From an uncultured cyanobacterium (lineage in GTDB: Bacteria > Cyanobacteriota > Cyanobacteriia > PCC-9006 > JAAUQQ01): a stretch of DNA of 64,000 nucleotides. A program made the translations under genes and the position numbers. The number at the start of each line of letters is the position of its first letter. Positions within the stretch are counted from its first letter, which is position 1. Shown here in pieces: positions 51,151 to 62,114 of the stretch. The notes beneath the pieces were generated by a model. The model was given only the letters and a program-made list of their open reading frames with translations. It was not told where the DNA came from and made no database searches. The stretch is from assembly GCA_963718615.1 (NCBI GenBank), contig OY970368.1:4576001-4640000 (forward strand), given 5' to 3'.

Positions 51151-51525
51151 TCAGCTAGCAGTGACGTAGGCGTTAGTCGTGGCGCGGATTTCTTCTATGG
51201 AGATTTCTTGCTTGTCTCCGGCGAAGTCGTTATCCGGCGTCAGAAAGAGCATGCAGTGGCATTCGTGGCGCTCTCGCATGGGGACGCAGGGGCAATTCCA
51301 ATAGGCCGCTGCGGCTTCTGCTTCTTTATCTTCGTAGTGGCGGCAGGGACAGAGCGGGGCACCCAGCTCATCTTTATGCTTGGCCAACCCCTCAATGACC
51401 ACCGCCGTCACACCGAGATCGACGCAGAAGTAGGTGCTGCTGCGCTGGGCATAGGTCTGCGAGAACTTTCTCATCGCCTCTAGGCTCTTTTCAGAGGCCT
51501 GGGAGGGGCCGGTAGAGGTAGACAT
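51151..51525 (-). CDS. ftrC: ferredoxin-thioredoxin reductase catalytic subunit
   Basis: LCPCRHY, WNCPC, ECHCMLF. Confidence 0.93.
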   Translation of the reverse strand: MSTSTGPSQASEKSLEAMRKFSQTYAQRSSTYFCVDLGVTAVVIEGLAKHKDELGAPLCPCRHYEDKEAEAAAAYWNCPCVPMRERHECHCMLFLTPDNDFAGDKQEISIEEIRATTNAYVTAS

Positions 51526-51571
51526 AGGGAAGTGGTTGTGAAACAAACAGGTGGACTATAATCTAGTAAAA

Positions 51572-51626
51572 CAACATCATCGTTGCTTTACTCGATCATA
51601 ACGCTACTTTAGCAACAGGTCTGTTG
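51572..51626. promoter_or_regulatory. two SufR operator boxes CAAC-N6-GTTG
   Basis: CAACatcatcGTTG 51572-51585 and CAACaggtctGTTG 51613-51626 between divergent ftrC-sufB and sufR. Confidence 0.9.
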
Positions 51627-51697
51627 TCAAAGTCCCGTTAATAATTATTTAAGGTTAATGTTTACGTCTCGTTGGCCTGTTAAGAGAACCGTAAGGC

Positions 51698-52396
51698 ATG
51701 TCTGCAACCCAGAACCAAACAACGAAGGAGGATATTCTGCAATATCTGCTCAAGCATGGGCAGGCACGGGCGCAGGTCCTTGCAGAAACCTTAGGCGTGA
51801 GTCCCCAGGCAATTCGGCGGCATCTGAAGGAGTTAGAGGCGGAGAACTTGATTTTACATCAGGCGGTCCCTGCGAAGATGGGTCGCCCCCAGCATGTCTA
51901 TGCCCTCAGTCGCGAGGGCAGAGCCCGCTTGCCGGATAACTACAATCAATTCGCGGTGTCCCTGCTGACGACCCTGGCGGAGACGGTGCCGCCGGACCAG
52001 TTCCGGGATATTCTCAAGAGCCAGTGGCAAAAAAAAGTTGAAGAATATCGCGATCGCATCGGTGAGGGCTCCTTGGGCGATCGCCTGACCAAGCTCACAG
52101 AACTTCGTCAGGCAGAGGGCTTTATGGCCGAGGTTCACCCCCTTGACTCTGAGGCGTTGCAGTTGATTACGGCCAATGGCCACGCGGATCCGAATGGGAC
52201 ACTCGGTCAGGGGCCAGGATTTGTCGTAACAGAATATAACTGTGCGATCGCGGAAGTCGCGGAATCTTTCCCCACGGTCTGTGGCCATGAGCTAGAACTA
52301 TTCACCGCGCTCTTTCCCGATTGCCAAGTGAAGCGAACCCATTGGATGATTCGCGGTCAACATTCCTGTGGTTATTTGATTCAGCAATATGATTAA
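51698..52396 (+). CDS. sufR: Fe-S cluster biosynthesis regulator SufR
   Basis: N-terminal HTH, GRPQHVY, EYNCAI..VA..FP.VCGHEL, C-terminal CGY. Confidence 0.93.
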   Translation: MSATQNQTTKEDILQYLLKHGQARAQVLAETLGVSPQAIRRHLKELEAENLILHQAVPAKMGRPQHVYALSREGRARLPDNYNQFAVSLLTTLAETVPPDQFRDILKSQWQKKVEEYRDRIGEGSLGDRLTKLTELRQAEGFMAEVHPLDSEALQLITANGHADPNGTLGQGPGFVVTEYNCAIAEVAESFPTVCGHELELFTALFPDCQVKRTHWMIRGQHSCGYLIQQYD

Positions 52397-52793
52397 TCCC
52401 GAACAGCTCTTGACACCGGAAGAATCGTCCCTCGTGGAGGGTGCTTTGATGACGACGAAGGAAAAGTTTTCAACGCGGGTGGCGATCTATGGGCTGCGGG
52501 TGCTGAAGCAAATTGGGGCGGAGCGGGGAATGGCTTTGGACGCGATCGGGGCTGCGGAGTTGAATCAGTTTTTGACAGAAGACGAGCAGGCCCAGCAGGC
52601 GGTAGCGCAAAACGGATTTGCGATCGATGAGTCGTTTAAGGGCTTTTGGGCTCAGATCATTCTTTCGTCGATTAAGCCGCTGCACCAGGTTGCAGCGGCC
52701 CAGGGTATAGGTCTGGGGGATCTAACGGTGGGACAGATTATTGCTGGGTTTGAGGCAAAGAGTAAGGCGTTGCATAACCCGGATGTGGGCTAA
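52389..52793 (+). CDS. hypothetical protein
   Basis: overlaps sufR stop; host-like codon usage. Confidence 0.7.
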   Translation: MINPEQLLTPEESSLVEGALMTTKEKFSTRVAIYGLRVLKQIGAERGMALDAIGAAELNQFLTEDEQAQQAVAQNGFAIDESFKGFWAQIILSSIKPLHQVAAAQGIGLGDLTVGQIIAGFEAKSKALHNPDVG

Positions 52794-52925
52794 TCGCCGC
52801 GAAGCTTGCGATCCTTGCGATCAAAGAAGCTTGCGATAAAATTTGTCACCGATTAATTTGTTACCGCTCCGTCACCGTACATACTGGTCAAGAAGCCATG
52901 GCGCAGAAGTGCGCGGGAGAAGGAG

Positions 52926-54449
52926 ATGACAGCAGCGGCCACGAGTCAATCGGCAAGCTACATCATGGCACTCGACCTCGGCACCACCGGCAACCGTGCC
53001 ATTCTCTTCGATCGCCAAGGTCAAGTTGTCGGCCAAGCCTACCGGGAACTAACGCAACATTATCCTGAACCGGGCTGGTTAGAGCATGATGCTATGCAAA
53101 TTTGGCGGGATACGCGCTGGGCGATGGAAACGGTGGTCAAAACGGCCCAGATCAACCCGGCGGAGATTGCGGCCCTAGGGCTGACGGTCCAGCGGGAAAC
53201 CTGTTTGCTTTGGGATAAAACGACGGGGGAGCCCCTCCATCGGGCGATCGTCTGGCAGGATCGGCGGACGGCAGGATTTTGCGATCGCCTCCGCGCCGAG
53301 GGCCAAGCGAAGAAAATCTATGACAAAACGGGACTGATTCTCGATGCCTACTTCTCCGCCACGAAGCTGCACTGGTTGCTGGAGGAACTGGAGCGATCGG
53401 GGCCGGTGAATCTCACCCAGACCTTGGCCGGAACCATTGATGCCTGGGCTCTCTGGAACCTCACCGGAGGAAAAGTCCACGCCACGGACCACAGCAACGC
53501 GAGCCGTACGATGCTGATGAATTTGTCCACGCAAGCTTGGGATAGCGAACTTTTGGATTTGTTCGGCATTCCTGATGTGCTGATGCCGGAGGTCAAGCCC
53601 AGTTTGGGTTTGTTTGGCTATACGGATCCGAGCCTCTTAGGGGTGGAGATTCCGATTATGGCGGTGTTGGGAGATCAGCAGGCGGCGCTGTTTGCCCATG
53701 GGTGCGATCGCCCCGGTCTGCTCAAATGCACCTACGGCACGGGCAGCTTTCTGGTCGCCCACACGGGGCAGGAGATTGTGCGCAACAATCACGGCTTGCT
53801 CTCGACGATCGCCTGGACCGAAGCCCATACCTCTGAACCACCCACCGTTGGCTATGCACTAGAGGGTGCGATTTTTACGAGTGGGGCTTGTATCCAGTGG
53901 CTGCGGGATGGACTCAAGATCATTGATGCGGCAGGGGAAACAGAGGCGTTGGCACTACAGGTGCCGGATAGTAATGGCGTTTACTTTGTGCCGGCCTTGA
54001 GCGGTCTGGGTGCGCCCCACTGGGATATGACCGCGCGGGGCGCATTTCTGGGGCTGACGGCGGGGGTGCAGCGGCAGCATTTGGTGCGATCGGTATTGGA
54101 GGCGATCGCCTTTCAGGTTAAGGAAGGGGTAAATGCGGTGAATGCAGGCTGTGGAACACCTATCCATTGTCTTAAGGTAGACGGCGGCGGTTGTAGTAAC
54201 AATTTTCTCATGCAGTTCCAGGCAGATGCCCTAGGAATTCCGGTGGAGCGTCCCCAGGTTTTGGATGCAACAGCCCAGGGTGCAGCCTTTGGGGCGGGTT
54301 TAGCGATCGGATTTTGGCAGGATTATGGAGCGTTGATTAGCACCCGCCAAGTCGATCGGGTGTTTGAGCCCCAGGGAAAAAGCGATGAGATGAGTGCTAG
54401 ATTTGAGCAGTGGCAGAGCGCCGTGGAGCGGGTGAAGGATTGGGGGTAG
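52926..54449 (+). CDS. glpK: glycerol kinase
   Basis: DLGTTG, QRET, IVWQDRR, YFSATK, GDQQAALF, KCTYGTG. Confidence 0.95.
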   Translation: MTAAATSQSASYIMALDLGTTGNRAILFDRQGQVVGQAYRELTQHYPEPGWLEHDAMQIWRDTRWAMETVVKTAQINPAEIAALGLTVQRETCLLWDKTTGEPLHRAIVWQDRRTAGFCDRLRAEGQAKKIYDKTGLILDAYFSATKLHWLLEELERSGPVNLTQTLAGTIDAWALWNLTGGKVHATDHSNASRTMLMNLSTQAWDSELLDLFGIPDVLMPEVKPSLGLFGYTDPSLLGVEIPIMAVLGDQQAALFAHGCDRPGLLKCTYGTGSFLVAHTGQEIVRNNHGLLSTIAWTEAHTSEPPTVGYALEGAIFTSGACIQWLRDGLKIIDAAGETEALALQVPDSNGVYFVPALSGLGAPHWDMTARGAFLGLTAGVQRQHLVRSVLEAIAFQVKEGVNAVNAGCGTPIHCLKVDGGGCSNNFLMQFQADALGIPVERPQVLDATAQGAAFGAGLAIGFWQDYGALISTRQVDRVFEPQGKSDEMSARFEQWQSAVERVKDWG

Positions 54450-54561
54450 AAGGCGTAAAAATTTCGAAGGGGTACAAAAGCAGAAAAGCAGACAAAAACA
54501 AGGGACATGGCATTGCCATGTCCCTACGTTTAATCCGTAACAGATTATTACTTGAGAATGA

Positions 54562-54945
54562 TTACTTGAGGGCGACCTTACCGCCAGCTTCCTCAAGCTG
54601 CTTCTTCATCTCTTCGGCAGCATCCTTGGCAGCGGCTTCCTTGATTGCAATTGGTGTGCCTTCAACCATGGCCTTCGCTTCCTTCAGACCCAGGCCCGTG
54701 ATGGTGCGAACTACCTTGAGGACAGCGATCTTCTTGTCGGCGGGAACGTCTTCGAGAACAACGTCAAATTCAGTCTTCTCTTCAACTTCTTCCGCAGCAG
54801 CCGCAGCCGGAGCCATCATCATCATGCCGCCGCCCGTTGCAGCTGCACTAACACCGAAGGTTTCTTCGATTTCTTTAACCAATTCAGACGCTTCGAGAAG
54901 CGTTAGACCTTTGAGCTTTTCTACGATTTCAGAAACTGCAGACAT
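54562..54945 (-). CDS. rplL: 50S ribosomal protein L7/L12
   Basis: [16 protein letters not shown]. Confidence 0.97.
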   Translation of the reverse strand: MSAVSEIVEKLKGLTLLEASELVKEIEETFGVSAAATGGGMMMMAPAAAAAEEVEEKTEFDVVLEDVPADKKIAVLKVVRTITGLGLKEAKAMVEGTPIAIKEAAAKDAAEEMKKQLEEAGGKVALK

Positions 54946-54999
54946 GGGGAGTTCTCCTAATTAAATACAAATCCAACTTGCACGGAACTTACAGCCGCT

Positions 55000-55530
55000 T
55001 TAGGCCGCATCTTCCTTCTCGGACATCGCCTTGATAGCGCGGGCCAAACCAGTGGGCACTTCGTTGATGCCAACCGCCAGTTTGGTGGCCACACCATTGA
55101 TTGCGCCTGCAATTTGTGCCATGAGTTCTTCCTTAGAAGGTAGGTCACCAATCGCCTTGATTTGATCAAGGTTCATGACTCTCCCTTCAAAAACACCCCC
55201 GCGAAGTTCGGTTTTTTTGGTGTCCTTTTGGAACTTTTGGTAAGCCTTAATGGCACCACCTAAGTCTTCCTTGAGCAGCAGGAATGCATTGCTTCCCTTG
55301 AGCAGATCGCTCATGCCTGACCAGTTGTCATCACCGGTAATGGCCTTCTCCATGAAGGTGTTTTTGGTGACTTTGCAAACCGCGCCGGATTCTCGCAGGC
55401 GGTTCCGTAGGTCAGTAATCTCAGCAACGGTCAGCCCTTGGTAATCCATGACGATCGCCATTTGGGCTTCTGCTAGCTGAGACTTCAGGAGAGCAACCAC
55501 GTCCTCTTTATTGGCACGTGTTCTTCCCAT
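55000..55530 (-). CDS. rplJ: 50S ribosomal protein L10
   Basis: [20 protein letters not shown]; GGAGGTGA RBS. Confidence 0.95.
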   Translation of the reverse strand: MGRTRANKEDVVALLKSQLAEAQMAIVMDYQGLTVAEITDLRNRLRESGAVCKVTKNTFMEKAITGDDNWSGMSDLLKGSNAFLLLKEDLGGAIKAYQKFQKDTKKTELRGGVFEGRVMNLDQIKAIGDLPSKEELMAQIAGAINGVATKLAVGINEVPTGLARAIKAMSEKEDAA

Positions 55531-55615
55531 ATTTTGTCTCACCTCCTTACAGCGGGTTTGAAACGTGAACGGGGATGAATAACTCGACGAAACCTGTGGT
55601 CAAACCAATCAATAC

Positions 55616-55750
55616 AAAACCCCAGCCACAGCAGCCGGGGTTGAAGACCAAACGAAACGCAGTGCGTCAGCTCGGAAACTCTTCCTCGGCAGGATTTATG
55701 CTGAGACGATGGCTTAGGAAAGCGATCGCCCTGCCCCTGCTGTCTTGGGT
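55616..55750 (-). promoter_or_regulatory. L10 leader (rplJ autoregulatory RNA)
   Basis: minus strand AAGACAGCAGG...AAATCCTGCCGAGG core followed by GC hairpin with U tract. Confidence 0.75.
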
Positions 55751-55896
55751 TGAGGCTATGGAGTTGTAGCGTTTGGCTGATGCGTTAGGCGTTCCTCGGT
55801 GTTAATCAAAACCTGAGCCGGATACCTGAAAATGAATCCATGGATGAATCCATCTCATTATCCAACGGTTTCCCATCATACCGGAAAAAGCACCGG

Positions 55897-56613
55897 TTAG
55901 GCTGCTTCTTCGAGTTTCAGGTCACGCAACGTGCTGATATCCACTTCGATGGAGGGTCCCATGGTTGCGGAGACGTACATGCTGCGCCAGTAGCGGCCCT
56001 TCGCGCCAGAAGGACGGTTGCGATCGACACATTCCTGAAAGGCTTTCAGGTTAGCGAGCAAATCCTCAGGGCTAAAACCCGCTTTCCCAAAGGAAATATG
56101 GACGATCCCGGTTCGATCTGCCCGGAATTCGAGCTTACCCGCCTTGAATTCGCTAATGGCTTGAGCAAGGTCCGTGGTGACGCTGCCGCCCTTGGGCGAA
56201 GGCATCAACCCCCGAGGACCCAGGACACGGCCTAACCGTGCCACCTTGGGCATCATGTCCGGGGTGGCAATCAGGATGTCAAAATCCATCATGCCCTTGG
56301 CAATTTCGTCAATCAGTTCTTCGGAGCCGGCAATGTCAGCCCCAGCGTTGGTCGCTTCTGCAACCTTCTCACCCCGAGCAATGACGGCCACGCGAACGGT
56401 CTGGCCGGTGCCCTTGGGCAGTGCTACGGTGGTGCGGAGCTGTTGGTCGGTGTATTTGGGATCGATGCCGAGGCGAACATGGACCTCAGCGGATTCATTA
56501 AACTTGGCGGTAGCGGTCTCCTTAAGCAACCCCATGGCCTCTAGGGGCTCATAGGCCTTGGGCTCTACCTTGGCTTGCAGTTCGCGAACGCGACGGGAAG
56601 TTTTTCTAGTCAT
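55897..56613 (-). CDS. rplA: 50S ribosomal protein L1
   Basis: [24 protein letters not shown]. Confidence 0.97.
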   Translation of the reverse strand: MTRKTSRRVRELQAKVEPKAYEPLEAMGLLKETATAKFNESAEVHVRLGIDPKYTDQQLRTTVALPKGTGQTVRVAVIARGEKVAEATNAGADIAGSEELIDEIAKGMMDFDILIATPDMMPKVARLGRVLGPRGLMPSPKGGSVTTDLAQAISEFKAGKLEFRADRTGIVHISFGKAGFSPEDLLANLKAFQECVDRNRPSGAKGRYWRSMYVSATMGPSIEVDISTLRDLKLEEAA

Positions 56614-56620
56614 AAGGCGT

Positions 56621-56651
56621 TGGGGTAATAACGAGGAGTTTCTCTCCCCCG
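56621..56651 (-). promoter_or_regulatory. putative L1-binding leader upstream of rplA
   Basis: GGGGGAGAG..CTCGTTATTACCCCA stem with internal loop resembling L1 operators. Confidence 0.55.
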
Positions 56652-56697
56652 AATAACGACAGCTTGAACAAACGTGTGAACAAATGCAATCTGAGAA

Positions 56698-56742
56698 ACT
56701 GTAATCCCAGAGACTGTAATCCCAGAGACTGTAATCTCAGAG
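56698..56742. repeat. 15-bp tandem repeat x3
   Basis: actgtaatc(c/t)cagag x3 between rplK and rplA. Confidence 0.85.
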
Positions 56743-56767
56743 AAATCTCAAAAAAACCAGCTAAACC

Positions 56768-57193
56768 TTAGCCGGAGACGGTGACGCCCATATTCCGAGC
56801 CGTCCCTTCGACGATTTTCATCGCCGCTTCAATGTCGTTGGCATTGAGGTCGGGCATTTTGGTCTTAGCGATGTCCTCTAGCTGCGCACGGGTAATGGAG
56901 GCAACTTTATCCTTGGCGGGATGGGCGGACCCTTTTTCGATCCCAGCGGCTTTTTTAATCAAAACGGACGCGGGCGGGGTTTTTAGGATGAACGTAAAGC
57001 TGCGATCTTCAAAGACGGAGATCTCAACCGGAATGACCATACCCGCTTGGTCTGCGGTTCTGGCGTTATATTCCTTACAGAACATCATGATATTGACGCC
57101 GTGCTGACCCAAGGCGGGACCGACCGGCGGTGCTGGGTTCGCTTTCCCTGCGGGAAGCGCCAGCTTGATCATTGCAACTACCTTTTTAGCCAT
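56768..57193 (-). CDS. rplK: 50S ribosomal protein L11
   Basis: [22 protein letters not shown]. Confidence 0.97.
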   Translation of the reverse strand: MAKKVVAMIKLALPAGKANPAPPVGPALGQHGVNIMMFCKEYNARTADQAGMVIPVEISVFEDRSFTFILKTPPASVLIKKAAGIEKGSAHPAKDKVASITRAQLEDIAKTKMPDLNANDIEAAMKIVEGTARNMGVTVSG

Positions 57194-57284
57194 CTGACTT
57201 GTTACTCAGTAGATCAAGTAAAAGTGCCAGGAAACCTTCGTTCCCCAGCGTTTTGAAGTAGACAAATGCTACCCCAAACCTGTA

Positions 57285-57938
57285 TTAGCCCTGCTTTTCG
57301 ACTTGGTTGAATTCCAGCTCCACTGGAGTACCCCGACCAAAAATCGAGAGGAGGGCACGAAGCTTGCTGCGCTCAGGGCTGACTTCAACGACTTCGCCTT
57401 CGAAATCCTTGAAGGGACCGCTGAGGACTAGGATGCGATCGCCTTCCGCTAGATCCACCTTGACGACGGGCTTCTGCTCTTCGGCGCGCTTAAAGATCCG
57501 CTGAACCTCACCGGGGCTGAGGGGCATGGGCTTGACGTGACCGCGACCACGACCATAGCGTCGTTTTTGCTCAGCACCCACAAAGTTGATGACGTTGGGG
57601 GTGTTTTTCACCACCTGCCAGGTGTCATCGTCCATGACCATGCGGATGAGCACATAGCCGGGAAAGATTTTCTCTTCCGCTGTGGTGCGGGAGCCGTCTT
57701 TTTTCAGCTTGACCATGGGCGTTTCGGGAATCTCAACCTGAACGATGCGGGAGGCCACGTCCAAGGTTTGTAGCCGTTGCTCTAGGTTGATTTTGACCCG
57801 TTTCTCACAGCCCGAGGCCACTTGGACCGCGTACCAACGGGCTTTTTTGGCGATCGCCTCAGGAGAAGGTTCGCCTTCACCCTCCGCATCTATCGCCTCT
57901 AGCGCTTCATTCTGGTCTTCGTCGTACAGTTCACTCAC
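57285..57938 (-). CDS. nusG: transcription termination/antitermination factor NusG
   Basis: WYAVQVASGCEK, FPGYVL, KOW GPFKDFEG, IFGR.TPVEL. Confidence 0.96.
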   Translation of the reverse strand: MSELYDEDQNEALEAIDAEGEGEPSPEAIAKKARWYAVQVASGCEKRVKINLEQRLQTLDVASRIVQVEIPETPMVKLKKDGSRTTAEEKIFPGYVLIRMVMDDDTWQVVKNTPNVINFVGAEQKRRYGRGRGHVKPMPLSPGEVQRIFKRAEEQKPVVKVDLAEGDRILVLSGPFKDFEGEVVEVSPERSKLRALLSIFGRGTPVELEFNQVEKQG

Positions 57939-57943
57939 GGCGC

Positions 57944-58249
57944 TTATCCAAATACCTGTTTCGAGACCCAGCTCAGAAGGTTATCCACGAGATAGATGAC
58001 CGTTGCGGATAGGCTAACCATCAGAATTACGGCTGCGGACTCACTAATGAGCTGCTGACGACTGGGCCAGACGACTTTGCCTAGCTCTTCTTTGGTGCCC
58101 TGGAGAAAATTCACCAAGTTAAAGCTTTCGCTTTCCTGGCCTTTGGCAGCCGCTTTGGGAGCCTTGTTGGCTTTGCCAGTATCGGCGGCGGGCTGGTTTG
58201 CGTTTGCTCCTTTTTTGTCCTTTGGCGCTGCTGCCTCTTTTTTGGCCAC
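57944..58249 (-). CDS. secE: preprotein translocase SecE
   Basis: EELGKVVWPSRQQL plus TM helix; GTG start after GGGGAGG. Confidence 0.92.
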   Translation of the reverse strand: MAKKEAAAPKDKKGANANQPAADTGKANKAPKAAAKGQESESFNLVNFLQGTKEELGKVVWPSRQQLISESAAVILMVSLSATVIYLVDNLLSWVSKQVFG

Positions 58250-58439
58250 GGCCTCCCCCTTGGTTTCAAAGCGGCGGTTCGTAACCGCTGGTCTCTGTTT
58301 ATATAGTGTGGGTTTTGACGAGGCTGCGCAAGCACAGTGCGTCACAATCCACGAGGATCTAGCATAGCGGACTTTGGTTGGTTTGCGTAGTCCTTGCAAC
58401 GAAAGTTCTGGGGGCGGTGGTGGTTATGTCAAAATAGAG

Positions 58440-58646
58440 AAGCATCCATATCGGCGAATCGAGACGCTGGAAGAATATGTTTTGATTGATCCCGATCGAA
58501 TTTCAGTGGAGCACTATCGGCGCAATGAGCGGGGAAACTGGGAATTGGTGGGAGAATTGGCAGATCAGGAGGCCGTTATGCAGTTGGAGTTGGTGGGATT
58601 GGCGGTGCCGGTAGAGCTGTTGTATGACGAGATTGAATTTCCGTAA
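58440..58646 (+). pseudogene. C-terminal fragment of Uma2 (DUF820) endonuclease
   Basis: YRRIETLEEYVLID..SVEHYRR..W..LY.EI; N-terminal half missing. Confidence 0.75.
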
Positions 58647-58708
58647 GATAATTCCGCAGCGTTAAAGCTTTATCATTATCCGAAGAGGCCACCGGATTTA
58701 GAACCTGG

Positions 58709-59146
58709 GTGAATGCCCAAAAGGGCGAAGCGGCGGTGACGAATCCCTTGGATGGTGAATTACCTGAGGCGTTTTCAGTCATGGGCGATCGCCTCAATAC
58801 CCTTCACATCCAATCTCGTTCCAATCTAGGTTCCGTCTCTTTGGAGGACAGTAAGGATCAAATTCGCAGTGAATTGTCTTCACAACTTCAGCAATTGACG
58901 CGGGTGACTCAGCAATTACATCAGCATTTTGTGGCGAGACAACGTGCGATGGGCGATCAACGGCGCTATGGCATTGATCTCGAATACAAGCTAATGCAAG
59001 CAGGCGGAAATGCGATCGCGCTCTATGTGAAGCAAAGTAGATTATTGAATCTCGATCTTAAGCTCAATGTTGTTGTTGCTTCCCGCTCTTGTCCTGGATT
59101 TACAGGGATGGTGTATGTGTTTGGTAAACATTTCAATGTTTTCTAG
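58709..59146 (+). pseudogene. probable C-terminal fragment of PEP/pyruvate-binding (PPDK_N-like) domain
   Basis: NAQKGE..VTNP, IDLEYK..LYVKQSR resemble the end of that domain. Confidence 0.45.
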
Positions 59147-60591
59147 GTTTGGTATCAGAGCTAATTTACAAATAAAACCGTAAGAAGCCAAGATCCCTTG
59201 CTGTATAATGACTTAATCCTCTTAATAATTCAAGGCAACGGCACTGTTCGGTTAAGGAGTGAAGGTCAATTGTAGCGCTCATCTTCTAGATGGACAGTGT
59301 CGAGTGCGATAGCTCCTCGCCAAAGTGAGTGCTTTAATCCTTTAGAGAGCCTCAGCTAGGCCATAGGCTAAAATTCCTAACCCACCGGTAATAGTAGCTG
59401 CGATCGCATACTCTTTGTAGGATGCAGGATTCGTTGTGCGGCGTTCCTTAAAAAATAACCGCTCCCACGTAACCGCTAGCTTAGGATAAAGCAGCAAGAC
59501 TAACCCATTTCCTAACAAAAACGGTGCAAGCGCACGTAGCCCTGTTGCATTAGCCTGAAGCAGAGTTTGTAACATTTCATTAGGGCTAAAGAAAATTGCC
59601 ATAGCTGCGATCGTACGAACATTTAAGAACATCAGCTTCGCAATATAAGTCAGAGGAAATAACAGTAGCAATACCAACAGCGGCTTTGGAGTCCTTCCGC
59701 GCCGAGCCATCCATTGGCGCAGCTTGGTCGGTGGATGCGATAGCCGAGAGGTTAACCAGGTCCAGCGGGAGATAGATGGCGAAACCAGGGCGAGACCCCG
59801 TAACAAGGGTTCAGATGACTGTTGTTCGGCAACCACAAATTGGTCAGCATTAAACTCAGCACACCAGGTTGCCATCAACGGTGTCGCAATCACAACTGGT
59901 GTTAAGATCAGCAACGCAATAATAATAGAAATGCTACCAGGCAGCTCCACAGTAAAGAAGTTTTTCATCTGAAGAAAAAGCCAACCTAGAAACCAATTTG
60001 ATTGACTAGTAAAATCAACAGAATCAATGCCTAACTCTCTCAGTTGTGCGTTAATATCCTCGGCTTGGCGATTTACCTCATTCCACTGCTGTGCTATCTG
60101 CCAATGCTCCTGAAAAGAGTCAATTGACATTCCCACATAGACCACAACTGAAGGAACAATAAAAAACAGTACCAAAAACGGTAGCCAGGAATTTAATAGA
60201 GTCTCAAAGAAACTCCCAGCCCCAACCATCAAAACATCGCCATGGCGGCAATGCCCCAACTCATGGAGTAAGACAGCTCTTCCAGCTTCTCGATCTGAGC
60301 GCCATAGCTTAACCAGGCCCCCAAAAATAGCGATTGCTGATTGTCGATAACCCGTTGCATAGGTAAATGCAACCTGATCTGCGCGCTTTAAATTCACTTT
60401 GACTTCAACACCTGGTGCATATTCCTTCACGGTCTCTATTATTTCTTTTAGAGCCGGTGTAGCAGTCGAAGGCAGAGCAAGATTATACCGATGCTCGACA
60501 TGACGCTTGCGAAGGTGTGAGGTGGACCCAATCGACTGAACAGATTTAACAGGAGACTAAGCTCTGAATTCTCCCCGGATTGGACCTCTAT

Positions 60592-61455
60592 TCAGCGACT
60601 GCTCTCAGCTGCACCGTCAAAGTAAATCTCATCCGGTGTTTTGTAATCCAACGACTGATGCAATCTCAACTGATTATACCAGCTAAACCATTTCTTCACC
60701 TCCTGATTTAAGTGATTCCCATCCTCAAAACTCTTCAGATAAATCAGCTCGTACTTCAGCGATCGCCACAGCCTTTCAATGAAGATGTTGTCATGACACC
60801 TTCCCCGTCCATCCATGCTCACCTGGGCTCCGGCTGTTCTCAACCTCTCGGTAAACACCTTCGCCGTGAACTGAGACCCCTGATCTGAATTGAAGATATC
60901 AGGACATCCATATTCCTCCAACGCTTCCTCCAATGCATCCAAACAGAACTGCACATCCATCGTGTTCGAGATTCGCCAGCTCAGCACCTTACGGCTGTAC
61001 CAGTCCATAATCGCCACCAGATAGAAATGCCCCTTCAGCACCGGCAGATAGGTGATGTCCGTGCTCCAGACCTGGTTTACCTTATCAATCGCCACACCCC
61101 TCAGCAGATAGGGATATATCTTGTGCTCCGGGTTTGCCACAGTCAGCTTCGGCTTCGGATACAGCGTTTGTAGACCCAGCTTTCGCATCAACCGCTGCAC
61201 TCGCTTGCGATTCACATCATGACCCTCTCTCTTCAACTGAGCCGTCATCCGACGAGAGCCATAGAACGGCATCTCCAGATACAGCTCATCCAAGCGACGC
61301 AGCAGTTCTAGCTCAGAGTCACTCACTGCTTTGGCACGGTAGTACAAGCTCGAACGGCTGATGCCCAGTAGCTGACATTGACGCACCAGGCTCAACTCCT
61401 CGTGCTCTCGCTCTACCAGGGCTTTTCGCTGCTCAACCCCAGTTTGGCTGAGCAC
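60592..61455 (-). CDS. IS3 transposase OrfB (DDE integrase core)
   Basis: WSTDITY, NSDQGSQF, DNIFIERLWRSLKYE. Confidence 0.93.
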   Translation of the reverse strand: MLSQTGVEQRKALVEREHEELSLVRQCQLLGISRSSLYYRAKAVSDSELELLRRLDELYLEMPFYGSRRMTAQLKREGHDVNRKRVQRLMRKLGLQTLYPKPKLTVANPEHKIYPYLLRGVAIDKVNQVWSTDITYLPVLKGHFYLVAIMDWYSRKVLSWRISNTMDVQFCLDALEEALEEYGCPDIFNSDQGSQFTAKVFTERLRTAGAQVSMDGRGRCHDNIFIERLWRSLKYELIYLKSFEDGNHLNQEVKKWFSWYNQLRLHQSLDYKTPDEIYFDGAAESSR

Positions 61456-61736
61456 TCCGCTAAAAAATCCCGTTCCACCTTCAGCTTGCCGATTTGCCGA
61501 TACAGCTCGTTGATTTCTGCCTGTTTATTCGCTTCCTCCTTTCCTCTATCAGATGTCTGGCCTGAATCAAAGACGCTGCTTGCCCCTTCCAAGAGCTGCC
61601 TCTTCCACTGATGGATCAGCGTTGGATGCACATTGTGTTGGCTCGCCAGTTCCGGCACCGTCTTTGCCCCTTGCAAGGCTTCCAAGGCGATTCTCGATTT
61701 GAACTGGGCGCTGTACTGTCGGCGTTTCTTGCTCAT
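61413..61736 (-). CDS. IS3 transposase OrfA (HTH); slippery TTTTTTA at 61461-61467
   Basis: RRQYSAQFKSRIALEAL..ELAS..VHP..I.QWK; overlaps OrfB in the -1 frame. Confidence 0.92.
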   Translation of the reverse strand: MSKKRRQYSAQFKSRIALEALQGAKTVPELASQHNVHPTLIHQWKRQLLEGASSVFDSGQTSDRGKEEANKQAEINELYRQIGKLKVERDFLAECSAKLGLSSEKPW

Positions 61737-62114
61737 CTTCTACTCCTATCATTTTTCGTGGAGTTTCAGAGCTTAACCCCCTGTCCAGTTTTTGGGGTCC
61801 ACTATAGTGAGGCATAAAGACATACACGACACCGATCAGCAACATAGCAATAGGCAAAAGCTCAGTAAACCCCGGCAACACTAACATAATGGCCGTATGC
61901 GGCCCCCCAATGCCTGCTGGTAAGGGTTGGGGCGACAGCATCGGTTGTATAGTCTCTTGCCAGTGATAGATCAAGACACTCGGCAGTATTAGCAAGTAGG
62001 TAACGAGCCAAAACCATAGCCAAGGAGGCAAGACGCCCGCTTGGTGTAGTTCTTTTAGCTGAGAGTCCTCATTTTTTGGAGCTGTATAATCTGAGGCGGC
62101 ATGATCTAATGTCA

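Larger units (their letters stand above)
60518..61806 (-). mobile_element. IS3 family insertion sequence (1289 bp)
   Basis: imperfect TIRs TGAGGTGGACCCAATCGACTGAACA / TATAGTGGACCCCAAAAACTGGACA; GTG duplicated at 60515-60517 and 61807-61809. Confidence 0.9.

Noticed and set aside
54410-58367. Long plus-strand ORFs opposite rplL, rplA, rplK, nusG and secE
   Set aside because: Typical antisense frames caused by codon bias in highly expressed genes.
58250-58440. tRNA-Trp upstream of secE
   Set aside because: No T-loop GTTCRA or cloverleaf visible on either strand; no tRNA or rRNA recognised in the window.
61567-61806. C-terminal part of the 182-aa ORF 61567..62115 as a real protein
   Set aside because: Read-through from the M48 N-terminus into the IS3 end.
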